Positions 45,607-55,170 of a stretch of DNA of 58,159 nucleotides are shown here, piece by piece (position 1 is the first letter of the stretch; each line of letters opens with the position of its first letter). The stretch spans positions 1 through 58,159 of the forward strand of contig JAJFUR010000020.1 of NCBI GenBank assembly GCA_021372335.1, written 5' to 3'. Both the position numbers and the translations under genes were made by a program. The stretch is from Methanobacteriota archaeon (lineage in GTDB: Archaea; Thermoplasmatota; Thermoplasmata; Methanomassiliicoccales; UBA472). The notes below the pieces were generated by a model. It did not search any database. It had not been told where the DNA came from and saw only the letters and a program-made list of their open reading frames with translations.

Positions 45607-46437
45607 ATGAAGCTCCCCCTGTTGGCCACCCGGGTGGGGATATTGGCGGTAAAGCTTTCCGTCGCCGTTCTCGTAGCCTTGAGCATCCTGCCGCTTTTGA
45701 TGGGCGGGATCGGGATCGGCCTTGAGGACGAGGAGGAGGGCGAATGGGCCCTGGACGGCAGCACCATCCGTTTGGAGGCACCCCTGATGGTGAGCAACGA
45801 CGGCTTCTTCGACGTCACCGACCTGCGGGTGGGCTTCACCTTCAAGGACAGGGACGGCAATGTGCTGGCGGTCAGCGAGATGGACCCGGTGGACATCCCT
45901 GCCGGCCGGGAGACGGCCATTCCCATCGAGATCGCCCTCGACCTCTACGACCTCGACCGCCAGACGCGGTCCGACCTCATCTTCAACGGCACCGACATGG
46001 CCTTCGACCTCAGCGTGCAGGCCAGATACACATGGAACCTGGTAGGGATGAGCGTCGACGGGGGGAGCGAGATGGGCTGGGACGCGCTGCTCGGGGACCT
46101 GCAGGTCCGGTCTGATATGGCGTACCTGAGGGAGATGGACGGGAACCAAACAGTGGTGGTCCCCTTCACCCTCTACGCCAATGACATGGTCCGGGACGGG
46201 CAGGCGCTTGCGCTCACGGAATACTGGGATTCGCAGGGGTACTATGCGAACGTCACTCAGATGGTGGACCTGAGCGACAATATCTGGGAGGAGGCCGCGG
46301 TCCCGCTCTCCTCGGAGGCGTACGACCGGGTGATGACCGGAGAGGAGCAGCTGACCGTCCGGGTCACCCTCTTCTTCCTGGACTGCTCGAACTATGAGGA
46401 AACGACCTTCACGGAGCAGTGGGGGTGGGGCGGATGA
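45607..46437 (+). CDS. membrane-anchored hypothetical protein (LEA_2 / Ig-like beta-sandwich impression)
   Basis: 276 aa. It has an N-terminal TM anchor, an acidic linker and beta-rich repeats. Confidence 0.5.
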   Translation: MKLPLLATRVGILAVKLSVAVLVALSILPLLMGGIGIGLEDEEEGEWALDGSTIRLEAPLMVSNDGFFDVTDLRVGFTFKDRDGNVLAVSEMDPVDIPAGRETAIPIEIALDLYDLDRQTRSDLIFNGTDMAFDLSVQARYTWNLVGMSVDGGSEMGWDALLGDLQVRSDMAYLREMDGNQTVVVPFTLYANDMVRDGQALALTEYWDSQGYYANVTQMVDLSDNIWEEAAVPLSSEAYDRVMTGEEQLTVRVTLFFLDCSNYEETTFTEQWGWGG

Positions 46438-47504
46438 GTGGGGGAGAGTTCTCCTGGAAGAACGCCTCCGCGGGCAGGGGAGCCCTTTCGGCTGTGAAAG
46501 GCGCCCTCAAATATCTTGTCGTCCCGCTGGTCCTGGTGACGCTCGGCATTGCGGTCGTCACGAATGAGGATGGCCCGCAGGCGATCGCCGACATCCTGGG
46601 GGAGATGCGCTCCATCGTGCTCGTCCTGGGCGCGGTCCTTACGGTGCTCAGCTTCTTCCATGGGGCCTATCCCAAGGGCACCTATTCCCGTCTGACCTTC
46701 GGGCTGGCCATCTCCGTACTGGTCATCGTCTACGCGTACCTGCTCCTGTTGAACGGCAGGACGCAGGAGGTCATAGGCCGCGAACTCTTCGAGGTGGACC
46801 TGTGGCTGATCTTCACCCTTTACTTCTTCACCGCCATCTTCGGGGTGCTCATGCCGTTGGGAGAGTTCATGGACCGCCGCCCCCTTTGGCTGAATGGAAC
46901 CGGGGCAACGGGGACGGAGGGAACGGAGGCTCCGGAGGCGCATCGCCCCTATCACGATTTCAGACTGCGCTACGGTTCCCTTTACAACGGGCTTAGGCTC
47001 GCCCGCAACACCTTGACCTGGTCCGTGGTGCTCCCGTTGATAGTCATCATATTGCTCGAGGCAGGCCTCACCTCTTTGGAGGTTGAAGAGTTGGATCCCC
47101 TGCTGTCCAGCCTTGAGGACGTGGCTGCCGTGGTGGTACTGCTCGGGCTGCCCATGACCGCCCTGGCCTTCTTCAAGGGGTTCTATCCCAGGGGGTCGGT
47201 GTCCCGCTTCATCCCGGCGGAGGCGATGGTGCTCATCGGCCTGTATTGGATCTGGGTCATCGGCCTCGAGGGCAAACTGCTGATGGAGGTCGAGGAAATA
47301 GACATCAGCCTGGACTATTCCGGGCTCCTGATGCTCATCATGCTCGGTTCCGGCCTCTGGCTGGTGTACTACGCTTTGGAGTTCTTCCTCTACCGTAAGG
47401 AGTGGAAGGAAGGGGGGTTCAAGAAGGACCTGGAGAAGAAGAGCGGAAAGAAAAAAACATTGGAGCGGCCGGCAGAGCCCCTTGATAAGGCCCCGCAGCC
47501 TTGA
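46434..47504 (+). CDS. polytopic membrane protein, hypothetical
   Basis: ATG at 46434 overlaps the upstream stop (ATGA). It has about 8 TM helices and a Lys-rich tail. Confidence 0.55.
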   Translation: MSGGEFSWKNASAGRGALSAVKGALKYLVVPLVLVTLGIAVVTNEDGPQAIADILGEMRSIVLVLGAVLTVLSFFHGAYPKGTYSRLTFGLAISVLVIVYAYLLLLNGRTQEVIGRELFEVDLWLIFTLYFFTAIFGVLMPLGEFMDRRPLWLNGTGATGTEGTEAPEAHRPYHDFRLRYGSLYNGLRLARNTLTWSVVLPLIVIILLEAGLTSLEVEELDPLLSSLEDVAAVVVLLGLPMTALAFFKGFYPRGSVSRFIPAEAMVLIGLYWIWVIGLEGKLLMEVEEIDISLDYSGLLMLIMLGSGLWLVYYALEFFLYRKEWKEGGFKKDLEKKSGKKKTLERPAEPLDKAPQP

Positions 47505-47557
47505 CCGAACTGGCCCTTTGAACCGATCGCTCGGCGAAAGAAGGGTGTGTACGGCGA

Positions 47558-48763
47558 TCAGGAAAGAAGCTCCTCATAGAGCTGCAGGACCTGGGATAGG
47601 ATCGTGTCCGGGTGATAGCGGCTGAGCACTTTCTCCCCGGCCATGATCATTTGTTCTCGCAAGCGGTCATCATCTAGGAGCCGCTGGAGCTTGATGGCCA
47701 GGTCTTCGGGGTCCCCGTTCCGGAAGGAGAGCCCGGCAGGGCCCAATATGCTTGAGGCGGAGCCGCTGTCGGAGACAACCATCGGAACGCGGTGGGACAA
47801 CGCCTCCAGGATTGTTCGGGGGAAGGGCTCCGGCCAGAGAGCGGGATGCACGAAGACGTCCGCCATGTCATAGTACCGTCCGATCTCCCCCTTCTCCATG
47901 AAACCGGTGAAAATGACCCGGCCCTCCAGGTCCAGCTCCTTGGTCAACTTGGTAAGCTGGGGCGCATAATCGCCCGTGCCGACTATGTAAAGCATGCTTC
48001 CCAAAGGCAGGAGGCTGAAGGCTTTGATAAGCACCTGCAACCCCTTCTCCGCCTCCAGCCTCCCTACGTACAGGATCATTTTATTCCTGTTAATCCGATT
48101 CGGCCGGAGGGGTTCGGTCAGGACCATTGGGTCGTACATGTTGGGTATCAGCCTTAGACGGTCCGCATCGTAGCCCGCATCCAGATAGCATTTTTTGGTG
48201 GCCTCGGATAGGACGATGTAGCCATCCGCCCGACTGGACAGACGATGAAGGACGATGAACTGTAGCCAATGCATGGGCATGAAGGCCCTCATACGCAGAG
48301 GCCCGGGCCGATGGAGCGAGCAGACGAACGAATCGATGGCTCCGCAACCGGCGCACTTCCCTTCCACGTAATTGCTGGGATTGGTGCAGACCGGGGCCAG
48401 ATTGTTCATCGTGGCTACGACCGTTTTATCGTGCCGGGAGGCGTAGCGCACCGCCGACGGCAGCTGCTGGGTGTTGTAGACATGGATGATGTCGCAGTCG
48501 GGGCGACGTCTGTTCAGCTCATGATAGGCCAGGCGGTTCAATCCCAGCAAGGTGCGGGAGGTCGGGAAGTAGAGCGTTTCCCCCATTTCGCCCTTCGTTG
48601 CCTGGGAAGTGTCTCCATTGAAGGCCCATACGTCCGTCTGAACCCCTCTCGCCCTCAGCCCTTCCACGAGCAATTGGCAGCTGAAGGCACACCCGCCGAC
48701 ATAATGCGGTGGGTAATCTGGTGTGATGACCAGCACCTTGAACGGACGCCGGGAGCGGTCCAA
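47558..48763 (-). CDS. GT4-family glycosyltransferase
   Basis: 401-aa ORF with a TTG start in the track; a GTG at 48736 is also possible. It has the E-x7-E region EPFPRTILEALSHRVPMVVSDSG. Confidence 0.8.
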   Translation of the reverse strand: MDRSRRPFKVLVITPDYPPHYVGGCAFSCQLLVEGLRARGVQTDVWAFNGDTSQATKGEMGETLYFPTSRTLLGLNRLAYHELNRRRPDCDIIHVYNTQQLPSAVRYASRHDKTVVATMNNLAPVCTNPSNYVEGKCAGCGAIDSFVCSLHRPGPLRMRAFMPMHWLQFIVLHRLSSRADGYIVLSEATKKCYLDAGYDADRLRLIPNMYDPMVLTEPLRPNRINRNKMILYVGRLEAEKGLQVLIKAFSLLPLGSMLYIVGTGDYAPQLTKLTKELDLEGRVIFTGFMEKGEIGRYYDMADVFVHPALWPEPFPRTILEALSHRVPMVVSDSGSASSILGPAGLSFRNGDPEDLAIKLQRLLDDDRLREQMIMAGEKVLSRYHPDTILSQVLQLYEELLS

Positions 48764-48874
48764 ATGAGCACCTTGGCCAGGGTAATCCGCATGCCATTAG
48801 GTAATCCTTTCCCACCCCCTACGGCTGGACGACCTTAAATAATCCCTAGCCCTTCCAGTGGAAGGGACCTTCGA

Positions 48875-50134
48875 ATGAGGCTATCCATCATCGGTACTGG
48901 CTATGTAGGGCTTGTCTCAGGGGTGTGCTTCGCGGAGCTGGGGCACCAGGTGCTCTGCGTCGACACCGTCAAGGAGAAGGTGGAGAGCATCAATGCCGGG
49001 GAGCCTCCGATCTTCGAGGAGGGACTGGAGGAGATGCTGCAGAGGCACCTTTCCAGAGGGACCTTCAGGGCGACCACCGACTACGAGGAGGTGCCGGGCA
49101 CCGACATCACCTTCCTGTGTGTGGGGACACCCTCCCTGGAGGACGGCTCCCTGGACCTCAGGTACGTCAGGAGGGCGACCGAGGACCTTGGGAAGGCCCT
49201 CCGGGGGAAGGGGGGGAGGCATACCGTCGTGGTCAAGTCCACCGTCCCCCCGAACACCACCCGGGACGTTGTGGGGCCGCTCCTGGCGAAGGCCTCAGGG
49301 AAGGGGCTGGATGAGATAGGGCTGGCGATGAACCCGGAGTTCCTAAAGGAGGGTGTGGCGGTGCGGGACTTCCTGAGCCCGGACAGGGTGGTCATCGGGG
49401 CCATGGACGACCGGACGTTCGCGGAGGTGGCCTCCCTCTACGAGGGGCTGGAGACCAAGGTGCTCAGGACCGACCCCTCGACCGCGGAGATGATCAAGAT
49501 GGCCTCCAACGCGTTCCTGGCGGCCCGGATATCATTGGTGAACGAGCTCGGCAACCTGTGCAAGGCCCTGGGCCTGGACTTCCGGAAGGTGGCAGAGGGC
49601 GTGGGGATGGACCCCCGGATAGGCCCGCTGTTCCTCAGGGCCGGGTGCGGCTTCGGCGGCTCCTGCTTCCCCAAGGACGTCAGGTCGGTCCGGGCGCTTG
49701 CCCGCTCCCTGGGGGTCCGAACGGACATGCTCGACGCCACGCTCTCCGTGAACGAGGGGCAGCCCCGCCGAATGGTGGAGCTCCTGGAGAGGAGGATGGA
49801 GGTCTACGGCAGCACCATCGCGGTCCTCGGGCTGGCCTTCAAACCGGGCACGGATGACATCCGGGAGGCCAGCTCCCTGACGGTGGTCTCCGAGCTGCTC
49901 CGGAAGGGCGCGAAGGTAAGGGCGTACGACCCCCAGGCGATGCCCGCCTTCCGGAAGGCGTTCCCGCAGGTCACCTACTGCTCCTCTGCCAAGGAATGCC
50001 TGAAGGGGGCCGACGCCGCGCTCATCCTCACCGAATGGAACGAGTTCGCTGACCCTACGCTCTACGGGAGCATGTTGGTCATCGACGGCAGGGGCGTGAC
50101 AAAGACCAATAACTACGAAGGGATATGCTGGTAG
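48875..50134 (+). CDS. UDP-glucose/GDP-mannose dehydrogenase-family enzyme
   Basis: 419 aa. It has IIGTGYVGLVSG and GFGGSCFPKD. Confidence 0.88.
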   Translation: MRLSIIGTGYVGLVSGVCFAELGHQVLCVDTVKEKVESINAGEPPIFEEGLEEMLQRHLSRGTFRATTDYEEVPGTDITFLCVGTPSLEDGSLDLRYVRRATEDLGKALRGKGGRHTVVVKSTVPPNTTRDVVGPLLAKASGKGLDEIGLAMNPEFLKEGVAVRDFLSPDRVVIGAMDDRTFAEVASLYEGLETKVLRTDPSTAEMIKMASNAFLAARISLVNELGNLCKALGLDFRKVAEGVGMDPRIGPLFLRAGCGFGGSCFPKDVRSVRALARSLGVRTDMLDATLSVNEGQPRRMVELLERRMEVYGSTIAVLGLAFKPGTDDIREASSLTVVSELLRKGAKVRAYDPQAMPAFRKAFPQVTYCSSAKECLKGADAALILTEWNEFADPTLYGSMLVIDGRGVTKTNNYEGICW

Positions 50135-50136
50135 CC

Positions 50137-51006
50137 ATGAAGGCGGTCATTCCGGCGGCTGGATGGGGGGTGAGGTTCCTTCCCCTTACAAAGGAGCAGC
50201 CGAAGGAGATGCTCCCAGTCATCGATAAGCCTGTGATCCAATACGTGGTGGAGGAGGCGGTCGCGGCCGGGATCAAGGACATTATCATCGTTACAGGGCG
50301 GCACAAGCGGACGATCGAGGACCACTTCGACCGCTCGTTCGAGCTGGAGAGCATCCTGCGCAATGGCAACCGCAAGGCGCTCCTGGACAGCATCAGTGGG
50401 CTGCACGAGCTGGCCGACCTTCACTACATCCGGCAGCATGAGCAGCGCGGCCTCGGGGATGCGGTGTACCGGGCGCGGCACCATGTGGGAAATGAACCGT
50501 TCGCGGTGATGCTGGGCGACACCATCCACGTGTCCGAGGTGCCGGTGGTGAGGCAGCTCATGCAGGTGCACGCCCGCACTGGAAGGACGGTCATCGCCGC
50601 GGAGCGGGTGCCTCGAGAGAAGGTCAAGGACTACGGCGTGCTCGACGCCGTGCGGATGGAGGACCGCCTCTACGATATAAAGGACCTCGTGGAGAAGCCG
50701 AGGCCCGAGGAGGCCCCCTCCGACCTGTGCATCGCCGGGACGTACGTGCTCACGCCTGGCATCTTCGAGTGCCTGGAGAGGACGGAGCCGGGGTACAATG
50801 GCGAGGTGCAGCTCACCGACGCACTGCGCCTCCTGCGCGAGAAGGAGGGGCTCCTGGCCTGGGAGTTCGTCGGCAAGCGGTACGACATAGGGGACATCCC
50901 TGGCTGGCTGAGCGCCCAGCTGGAGCTGGCGCTCAAGCATCCGGTGTATGGGGAGAGGCTGAGGGAGCGCATCAGGGAGCTGGACCGGGAGGAGCACTTC
51001 CTCTGA
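50137..51006 (+). CDS. galU: UTP-glucose-1-phosphate uridylyltransferase
   Basis: ATG at 50137. It has KAVIPAAGWGVRFLPLTKEQPKEMLPV. Confidence 0.85.
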   Translation: MKAVIPAAGWGVRFLPLTKEQPKEMLPVIDKPVIQYVVEEAVAAGIKDIIIVTGRHKRTIEDHFDRSFELESILRNGNRKALLDSISGLHELADLHYIRQHEQRGLGDAVYRARHHVGNEPFAVMLGDTIHVSEVPVVRQLMQVHARTGRTVIAAERVPREKVKDYGVLDAVRMEDRLYDIKDLVEKPRPEEAPSDLCIAGTYVLTPGIFECLERTEPGYNGEVQLTDALRLLREKEGLLAWEFVGKRYDIGDIPGWLSAQLELALKHPVYGERLRERIRELDREEHFL

Positions 51007-51112
51007 CCGTGCCGGTGTTGGTGACCTTTTTTTTCGATCCCTCGATCCTAATGCCAGGCGTATCGCTCGCCAGCGGCGCTCCGTCCATGGCCTGATCGGA
51101 AGCGTTCGGCCT

Positions 51113-52102
51113 ATGAATGGGGTTTCATCGCTCCCAGGCGGGAATGGCCTCAGTTTCGAGGAGCGCCCCGTAAGCTTGATGTCCAAGCAGCTGTTCATCA
51201 CTACCCTGGACGATGCCATGACCTGTGGGGGCGCTAGGACCGATGAGCGCACGAGGGCGGTGCTCGCCACGCTGATGGCCAGCCTGATGCTGGGGACCTC
51301 CTACGTGGCGGTCAAGACGCAGGTGGATGGCGCTAACCCCTTCCTGCTGGGCGCGGCGACCATGGCCGTGGGCTCGGCCCTCCTGTTGGCGTACATGGCC
51401 CTGACCGGGAAGCTGGAGCGCAGGATGCTGCGGCGCTGGGAGTTCTGGGTCGCACCGCTGATAAACACCGCCGTGGTCGCCCCTTCCTACGTGGGGCTCA
51501 CCCGGACGACCGCCTCGGCCGCCGGGCTGATCATCGGGACCAACGTGATCTTCGTCGCCCTCTTCAGCCGGCTTGCCTTCAGGGAACGACTGGGGCCCCG
51601 CCGGTTGCTCGGCCTGGCAGTGGCCATGCTCGGCCTGGTCACCCTCACCACCCGGTGGGACCTCTCCGTGCTTCACGGCTCGCAGATGACAGGCAACCTG
51701 CTGGTCCTCCTCTCCGCCATGGCCATCGGCGTTTCGGTGGTCCTCTCGCGTATCGCGCTGCGCACCCTCAGCCCGGAGCAGTGGAGCCTGGGGCTGCACC
51801 TGCTCCTTCCGCTCGCATTGCTCGCGTTGTACTTCCTCGTGCCGATGGATGGCGGCCTGGGGCCAGGGGCTCTGCCGGGGGTCCTCTTCATCGGCCTGGT
51901 GTGCACCACCGTGCCCACCGTGCTCTGGACGACGGGGCTGCGGCACCTGAGCACGGTGACCTCGGCGACGGTCCTGCTGGTCGAGTCGGCCTTCGCGGTG
52001 CTGTTGAGCTGGTTGCTGCTCGGGGAGAGCATGGATGTCTACGTGCTCGCTGGGGCGGCGATGATCTTCCTCGCCATCCTGTTGATGGCCAGGTCCGATT
52101 GA
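51113..52102 (+). CDS. EamA/DMT-family transporter
   Basis: 329-aa ORF. The true start is probably internal (51179 or 51218). It has 10 TM segments in two EamA-like halves. Confidence 0.7.
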   Translation: MNGVSSLPGGNGLSFEERPVSLMSKQLFITTLDDAMTCGGARTDERTRAVLATLMASLMLGTSYVAVKTQVDGANPFLLGAATMAVGSALLLAYMALTGKLERRMLRRWEFWVAPLINTAVVAPSYVGLTRTTASAAGLIIGTNVIFVALFSRLAFRERLGPRRLLGLAVAMLGLVTLTTRWDLSVLHGSQMTGNLLVLLSAMAIGVSVVLSRIALRTLSPEQWSLGLHLLLPLALLALYFLVPMDGGLGPGALPGVLFIGLVCTTVPTVLWTTGLRHLSTVTSATVLLVESAFAVLLSWLLLGESMDVYVLAGAAMIFLAILLMARSD

Positions 52103-52179
52103 GCGTTAGGGGCGGTCCTCGATGAGAAATAGAAAGGCAGGAAAGGGTTTTGAGAAGGTTTTGAGAAGACGTTGCCGAA

Positions 52180-52239
52180 TCACTTCTTCTTTTCCTCCTT
52201 CTTCTTCTCACCCTTCGTGCCGCACTTTCCACAGGACAT
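52180..52239 (-). CDS. candidate 19-aa micro-protein MSCGKCGTKGEKKKEEKKK
   Basis: ATG at 52239 is preceded by GGAGGT with a 5-nt spacer. A TATA-like TTTATATT lies about 70 nt upstream on the same strand. It is below the ORF-track size cutoff. Confidence 0.3.
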   Translation of the reverse strand: MSCGKCGTKGEKKKEEKKK

Positions 52240-52537
52240 GTTCTACCTCCTATGGGGGAGACCCATGGAGAAGTGATCGCTCGGACTATATTTCAATCTT
52301 ATCCAATGAGTAATATAAATGTTAATTCAGTAGGTTAAAAGTAATACGTTATCGGAAATTTTGCTACCTCCAAAGTAGCGCTGTAAGACAACGTTGATTA
52401 CCAGAGCGGATAAAACGCCCTTCATGATGACCTTCATCCCGTATGCTGGCCGGGCGCATTCGTTCAGTATCAAAAATGATTCTATGAAGATTTTGATTAT
52501 ATATTACTCTGAGCGGTAGAATTCTTTTGTGGGAACG

Positions 52538-52894
52538 ATGAAGGTCCTGGAAACGTCGCGCCTGCTGACCGAGGAGTATACAGCCAAGATATTGATGGCT
52601 ACCATGGGCCGCCCCAAGAGCGCCTTCGAACTCAGCGACGCGCTGGGGATCCCCATAGCGGCCTGCTACCGCAAGATCAGGGTGCTGGAGGAGGCTGGCC
52701 TTATCCGCTGCTGTGAACGGCGGCTTACACAGTCCGGGAAGCGCATGAGCATGTACAAGTCCATGGTTCGCAACGCCAACATCACCTTCGAGCGCAACCG
52801 GATCCGCGCCCGCATCGAGATGGAGGACGGCAGCAGTACCGATGATTGTTTTGACATCGACCTCGGGGTGATGTTCAAGGAGACTCACGCCTGA
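52538..52894 (+). CDS. small winged-helix (ArsR/TrmB-like) transcriptional regulator
   Basis: 118 aa from ATG 52538. The HTH is AKILMATMGRPKSAFELSDALGIPIAACYRKIRVLEEAGLI. Confidence 0.7.
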   Translation: MKVLETSRLLTEEYTAKILMATMGRPKSAFELSDALGIPIAACYRKIRVLEEAGLIRCCERRLTQSGKRMSMYKSMVRNANITFERNRIRARIEMEDGSSTDDCFDIDLGVMFKETHA

Positions 52895-53142
52895 GACCCC
52901 CTTGGCGCGCCTTTTCCTTCGACGGCCCTCTATCGCTGCGGGCTAATTCTCATTGGACTCATTCCTTTCGTAATGGAATCGCAATACGTAAAAAAATCGA
53001 CAATATCAGTAGGACCAGTGGTAAATTATAATTAATTCCGCTTGTCCTATACGTTTTCCATAATCTTTATTAATAATCCTACGGAAGGAGGGCTGCGATC
53101 CGTTCGGTTCCGGCGGATTTACGCCGACAGGAGGAGCGACTG

Positions 53143-55125
53143 ATGAGCGACGGCAAGACCATTGAGAGCGTGATGGAGGAGGTGCGGCGGTTCCCGCCCT
53201 CAAAGGAGTTCAGCGAGAAGGCCTACATCAAGAGCATGGAGCAATACCGGGAGATGTACAGGCAGTCCATTGAGGACCCTGAGGGCTTCTGGGGCAAGAT
53301 CGCTAGCGAGGAGCTGCACTGGTTCTCCAAGTGGACCAATCTGCACAGCTGGGACAAGGAGAACGCGATCATCAAATGGTTCGAGGGGGGGAAGCTGAAC
53401 GTTTCCTATAACTGCCTGGACCGTCACCTGGAGAATGGTCGGAAGAACAAGGCGGCCATCATCTGGCAGGGGGAGAACGAGGACGAGGTGAAGACCTACA
53501 CCTATCAGCAGCTGCACACCGAGGTCTGCCGCTTCGCCAACGTCCTTAGGTCCCTGGGAGTGAAGAAGGGGGACCGGGTGTCCATCTATCTTCCGATGAT
53601 CCCCGAGCTGGCGATAGCGATGCTCGCATGCGCCAGGATCGGGGCGATCCATAGCATCGTGTTCGGGGGCTTCAGCTCCGAGTCGCTGAAGGACCGCATC
53701 GCCGATTGCGGCTCCAAGATCCTGATCACCGCCGACGGCAACCATCGGGGCAGCAAGTTCGTGCCCTTGAAGGCCAATGCCGATGTGGCGCTGGAGAAGG
53801 GCACGTCCATCGAGAAGGTTATCGTGGTCAACCGGGCCGGCGCGGAATGCCCGATGGAGCCTGGCCGGGACATATGGTGGCACGAGGAGATGGCCAAGGC
53901 CGACCGCTCCTGCGAGCCGGTGTGGTGCGACGCGGAGGACCCGCTCTTCATCCTGTACACCTCGGGGTCCACTGGTAAGCCCAAGGGCGTGGTGCATACC
54001 ACCGCCGGATACCTGCTTGGGACCTGTATCACGTTCAAATATGTCTTTGATTACCACGAGAATGACACCTACTGGTGCACGGCCGACATAGGCTGGATCA
54101 CCGGGCATTCCTACATCGTCTACGGACCACTGTGCGCCGGGGCCACCACGCTCATGTTCGAGGGCATTCCCACATATCCCCAGGTGGACCGCTTCTGGAA
54201 CATCATCGAGAAGTTCAAGGTGAACATCTTCTACACCGCCCCGACAGCCATCCGCTCCCTCATGAGGGAGGGCGAGAAATGGCCGCAGAGCAGGGACCTG
54301 AGCTCACTGCGGGTGCTGGGCTCCGTGGGGGAGCCGATCAACCCCGAGGCCTGGATGTGGTTCCACAAGTATGTGGGGAACGAGCGATGCCCGATCGTGG
54401 ACACCTGGTGGCAGACCGAGACCGGCAGCCTGATGATCACGCCGCTGCCCGGGGCGATAACCACCAAGCCGGGCTCGGCCACCCTGCCTTTCTTCGGGGT
54501 CGTGCCCGAGGTGGTCAAGGACGACGGCACCAAGGCCGGGGTGAACGAGGGGGGCTACCTTTGCATTACGAGGCCGTGGCCGGCCATCATGCGGACGGTC
54601 TGGGGACAGCACGAGCGGTTCAAGGAGATCTACTGGACCAGGTTCCCGGGGAAGTACTTCACGGGGGACTCGGCGCGCTGCGACGAGGACGGATACTATT
54701 GGATTATGGGGCGCGTGGATGACGTGATCAAGGTCTCCGGGCACCGCATCGGGGCTGCGGAGGTCGAGTCCGCCCTGGTCTCCCATCATGCCGTGGCCGA
54801 GGCGGCCATAGTGCCGGTGCCGCACCCCATCAAGGGGGAGGCCATCTATGCCTTCGTCACCCTGAAGGCGGGGGTGGAGGAGACCGACCAGCTGCGGAAG
54901 GAGCTCATCGCCCATGTGCGCAGGGAGGTCGGGCCGATAGCCACCCCTGAAGTGATCCAGTTCTGCCCCGGCATGCCGAAGACCCGGAGCGGCAAGATCA
55001 TGCGCCGCATCCTACGGAAGGTCGCCACGGGCACCGCGGAGGAGCTGGGGGACACGTCCACCCTCGCCGACCCCGGCATAGTGGACGTGCTCATCCAGGG
55101 AAGCAAGGCGCTGCACAGGAAGTAG
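53143..55125 (+). CDS. acs: acetyl-CoA synthetase (AMP-forming)
   Basis: 660 aa. It has [18 protein letters not shown] and a C-terminal SGKIMRR. Confidence 0.95.
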   Translation: MSDGKTIESVMEEVRRFPPSKEFSEKAYIKSMEQYREMYRQSIEDPEGFWGKIASEELHWFSKWTNLHSWDKENAIIKWFEGGKLNVSYNCLDRHLENGRKNKAAIIWQGENEDEVKTYTYQQLHTEVCRFANVLRSLGVKKGDRVSIYLPMIPELAIAMLACARIGAIHSIVFGGFSSESLKDRIADCGSKILITADGNHRGSKFVPLKANADVALEKGTSIEKVIVVNRAGAECPMEPGRDIWWHEEMAKADRSCEPVWCDAEDPLFILYTSGSTGKPKGVVHTTAGYLLGTCITFKYVFDYHENDTYWCTADIGWITGHSYIVYGPLCAGATTLMFEGIPTYPQVDRFWNIIEKFKVNIFYTAPTAIRSLMREGEKWPQSRDLSSLRVLGSVGEPINPEAWMWFHKYVGNERCPIVDTWWQTETGSLMITPLPGAITTKPGSATLPFFGVVPEVVKDDGTKAGVNEGGYLCITRPWPAIMRTVWGQHERFKEIYWTRFPGKYFTGDSARCDEDGYYWIMGRVDDVIKVSGHRIGAAEVESALVSHHAVAEAAIVPVPHPIKGEAIYAFVTLKAGVEETDQLRKELIAHVRREVGPIATPEVIQFCPGMPKTRSGKIMRRILRKVATGTAEELGDTSTLADPGIVDVLIQGSKALHRK

Positions 55126-55170
55126 GCCGAAGGGGCGCCGCCCCCTCTTTCCCTTCCCCTTTCCCTTTTA

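Noticed and set aside
48850-48866. Hairpin CCCTTCC-AGT-GGAAGGG 8 nt before the UDP-sugar dehydrogenase ATG
   Set aside because: It is a short 7-bp stem that could arise by chance in GC-rich DNA, and nothing else suggests a riboswitch or attenuator.
50113-51270. 385-aa minus-strand ORF antisense to galU
   Set aside because: It is a shadow ORF, since galU on the plus strand has clear family motifs. The same reasoning applies to 23534-24640(-), 40867-42129(-), 27288-28454(+), 37646-38599(+), 21228-22196(+), 29594-30481(-), 51125-51946(-) and 53200-54108(-).
52146-52167. Tandem 11-mer GGTTTTGAGAA x2 downstream of the EamA gene
   Set aside because: It has only two copies. The most economical reading is a pair of T4 tracts contributing to termination of the plus-strand gene, not a repeat element.
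52424-52512. Possible C/D-box sRNA (ATGATGA at 52424-52430, next CTGA at about 52509)
   Set aside because: The C-to-D distance of about 85 nt is too long for archaeal C/D sRNAs. I found no convincing C'/D' boxes or terminal stem.
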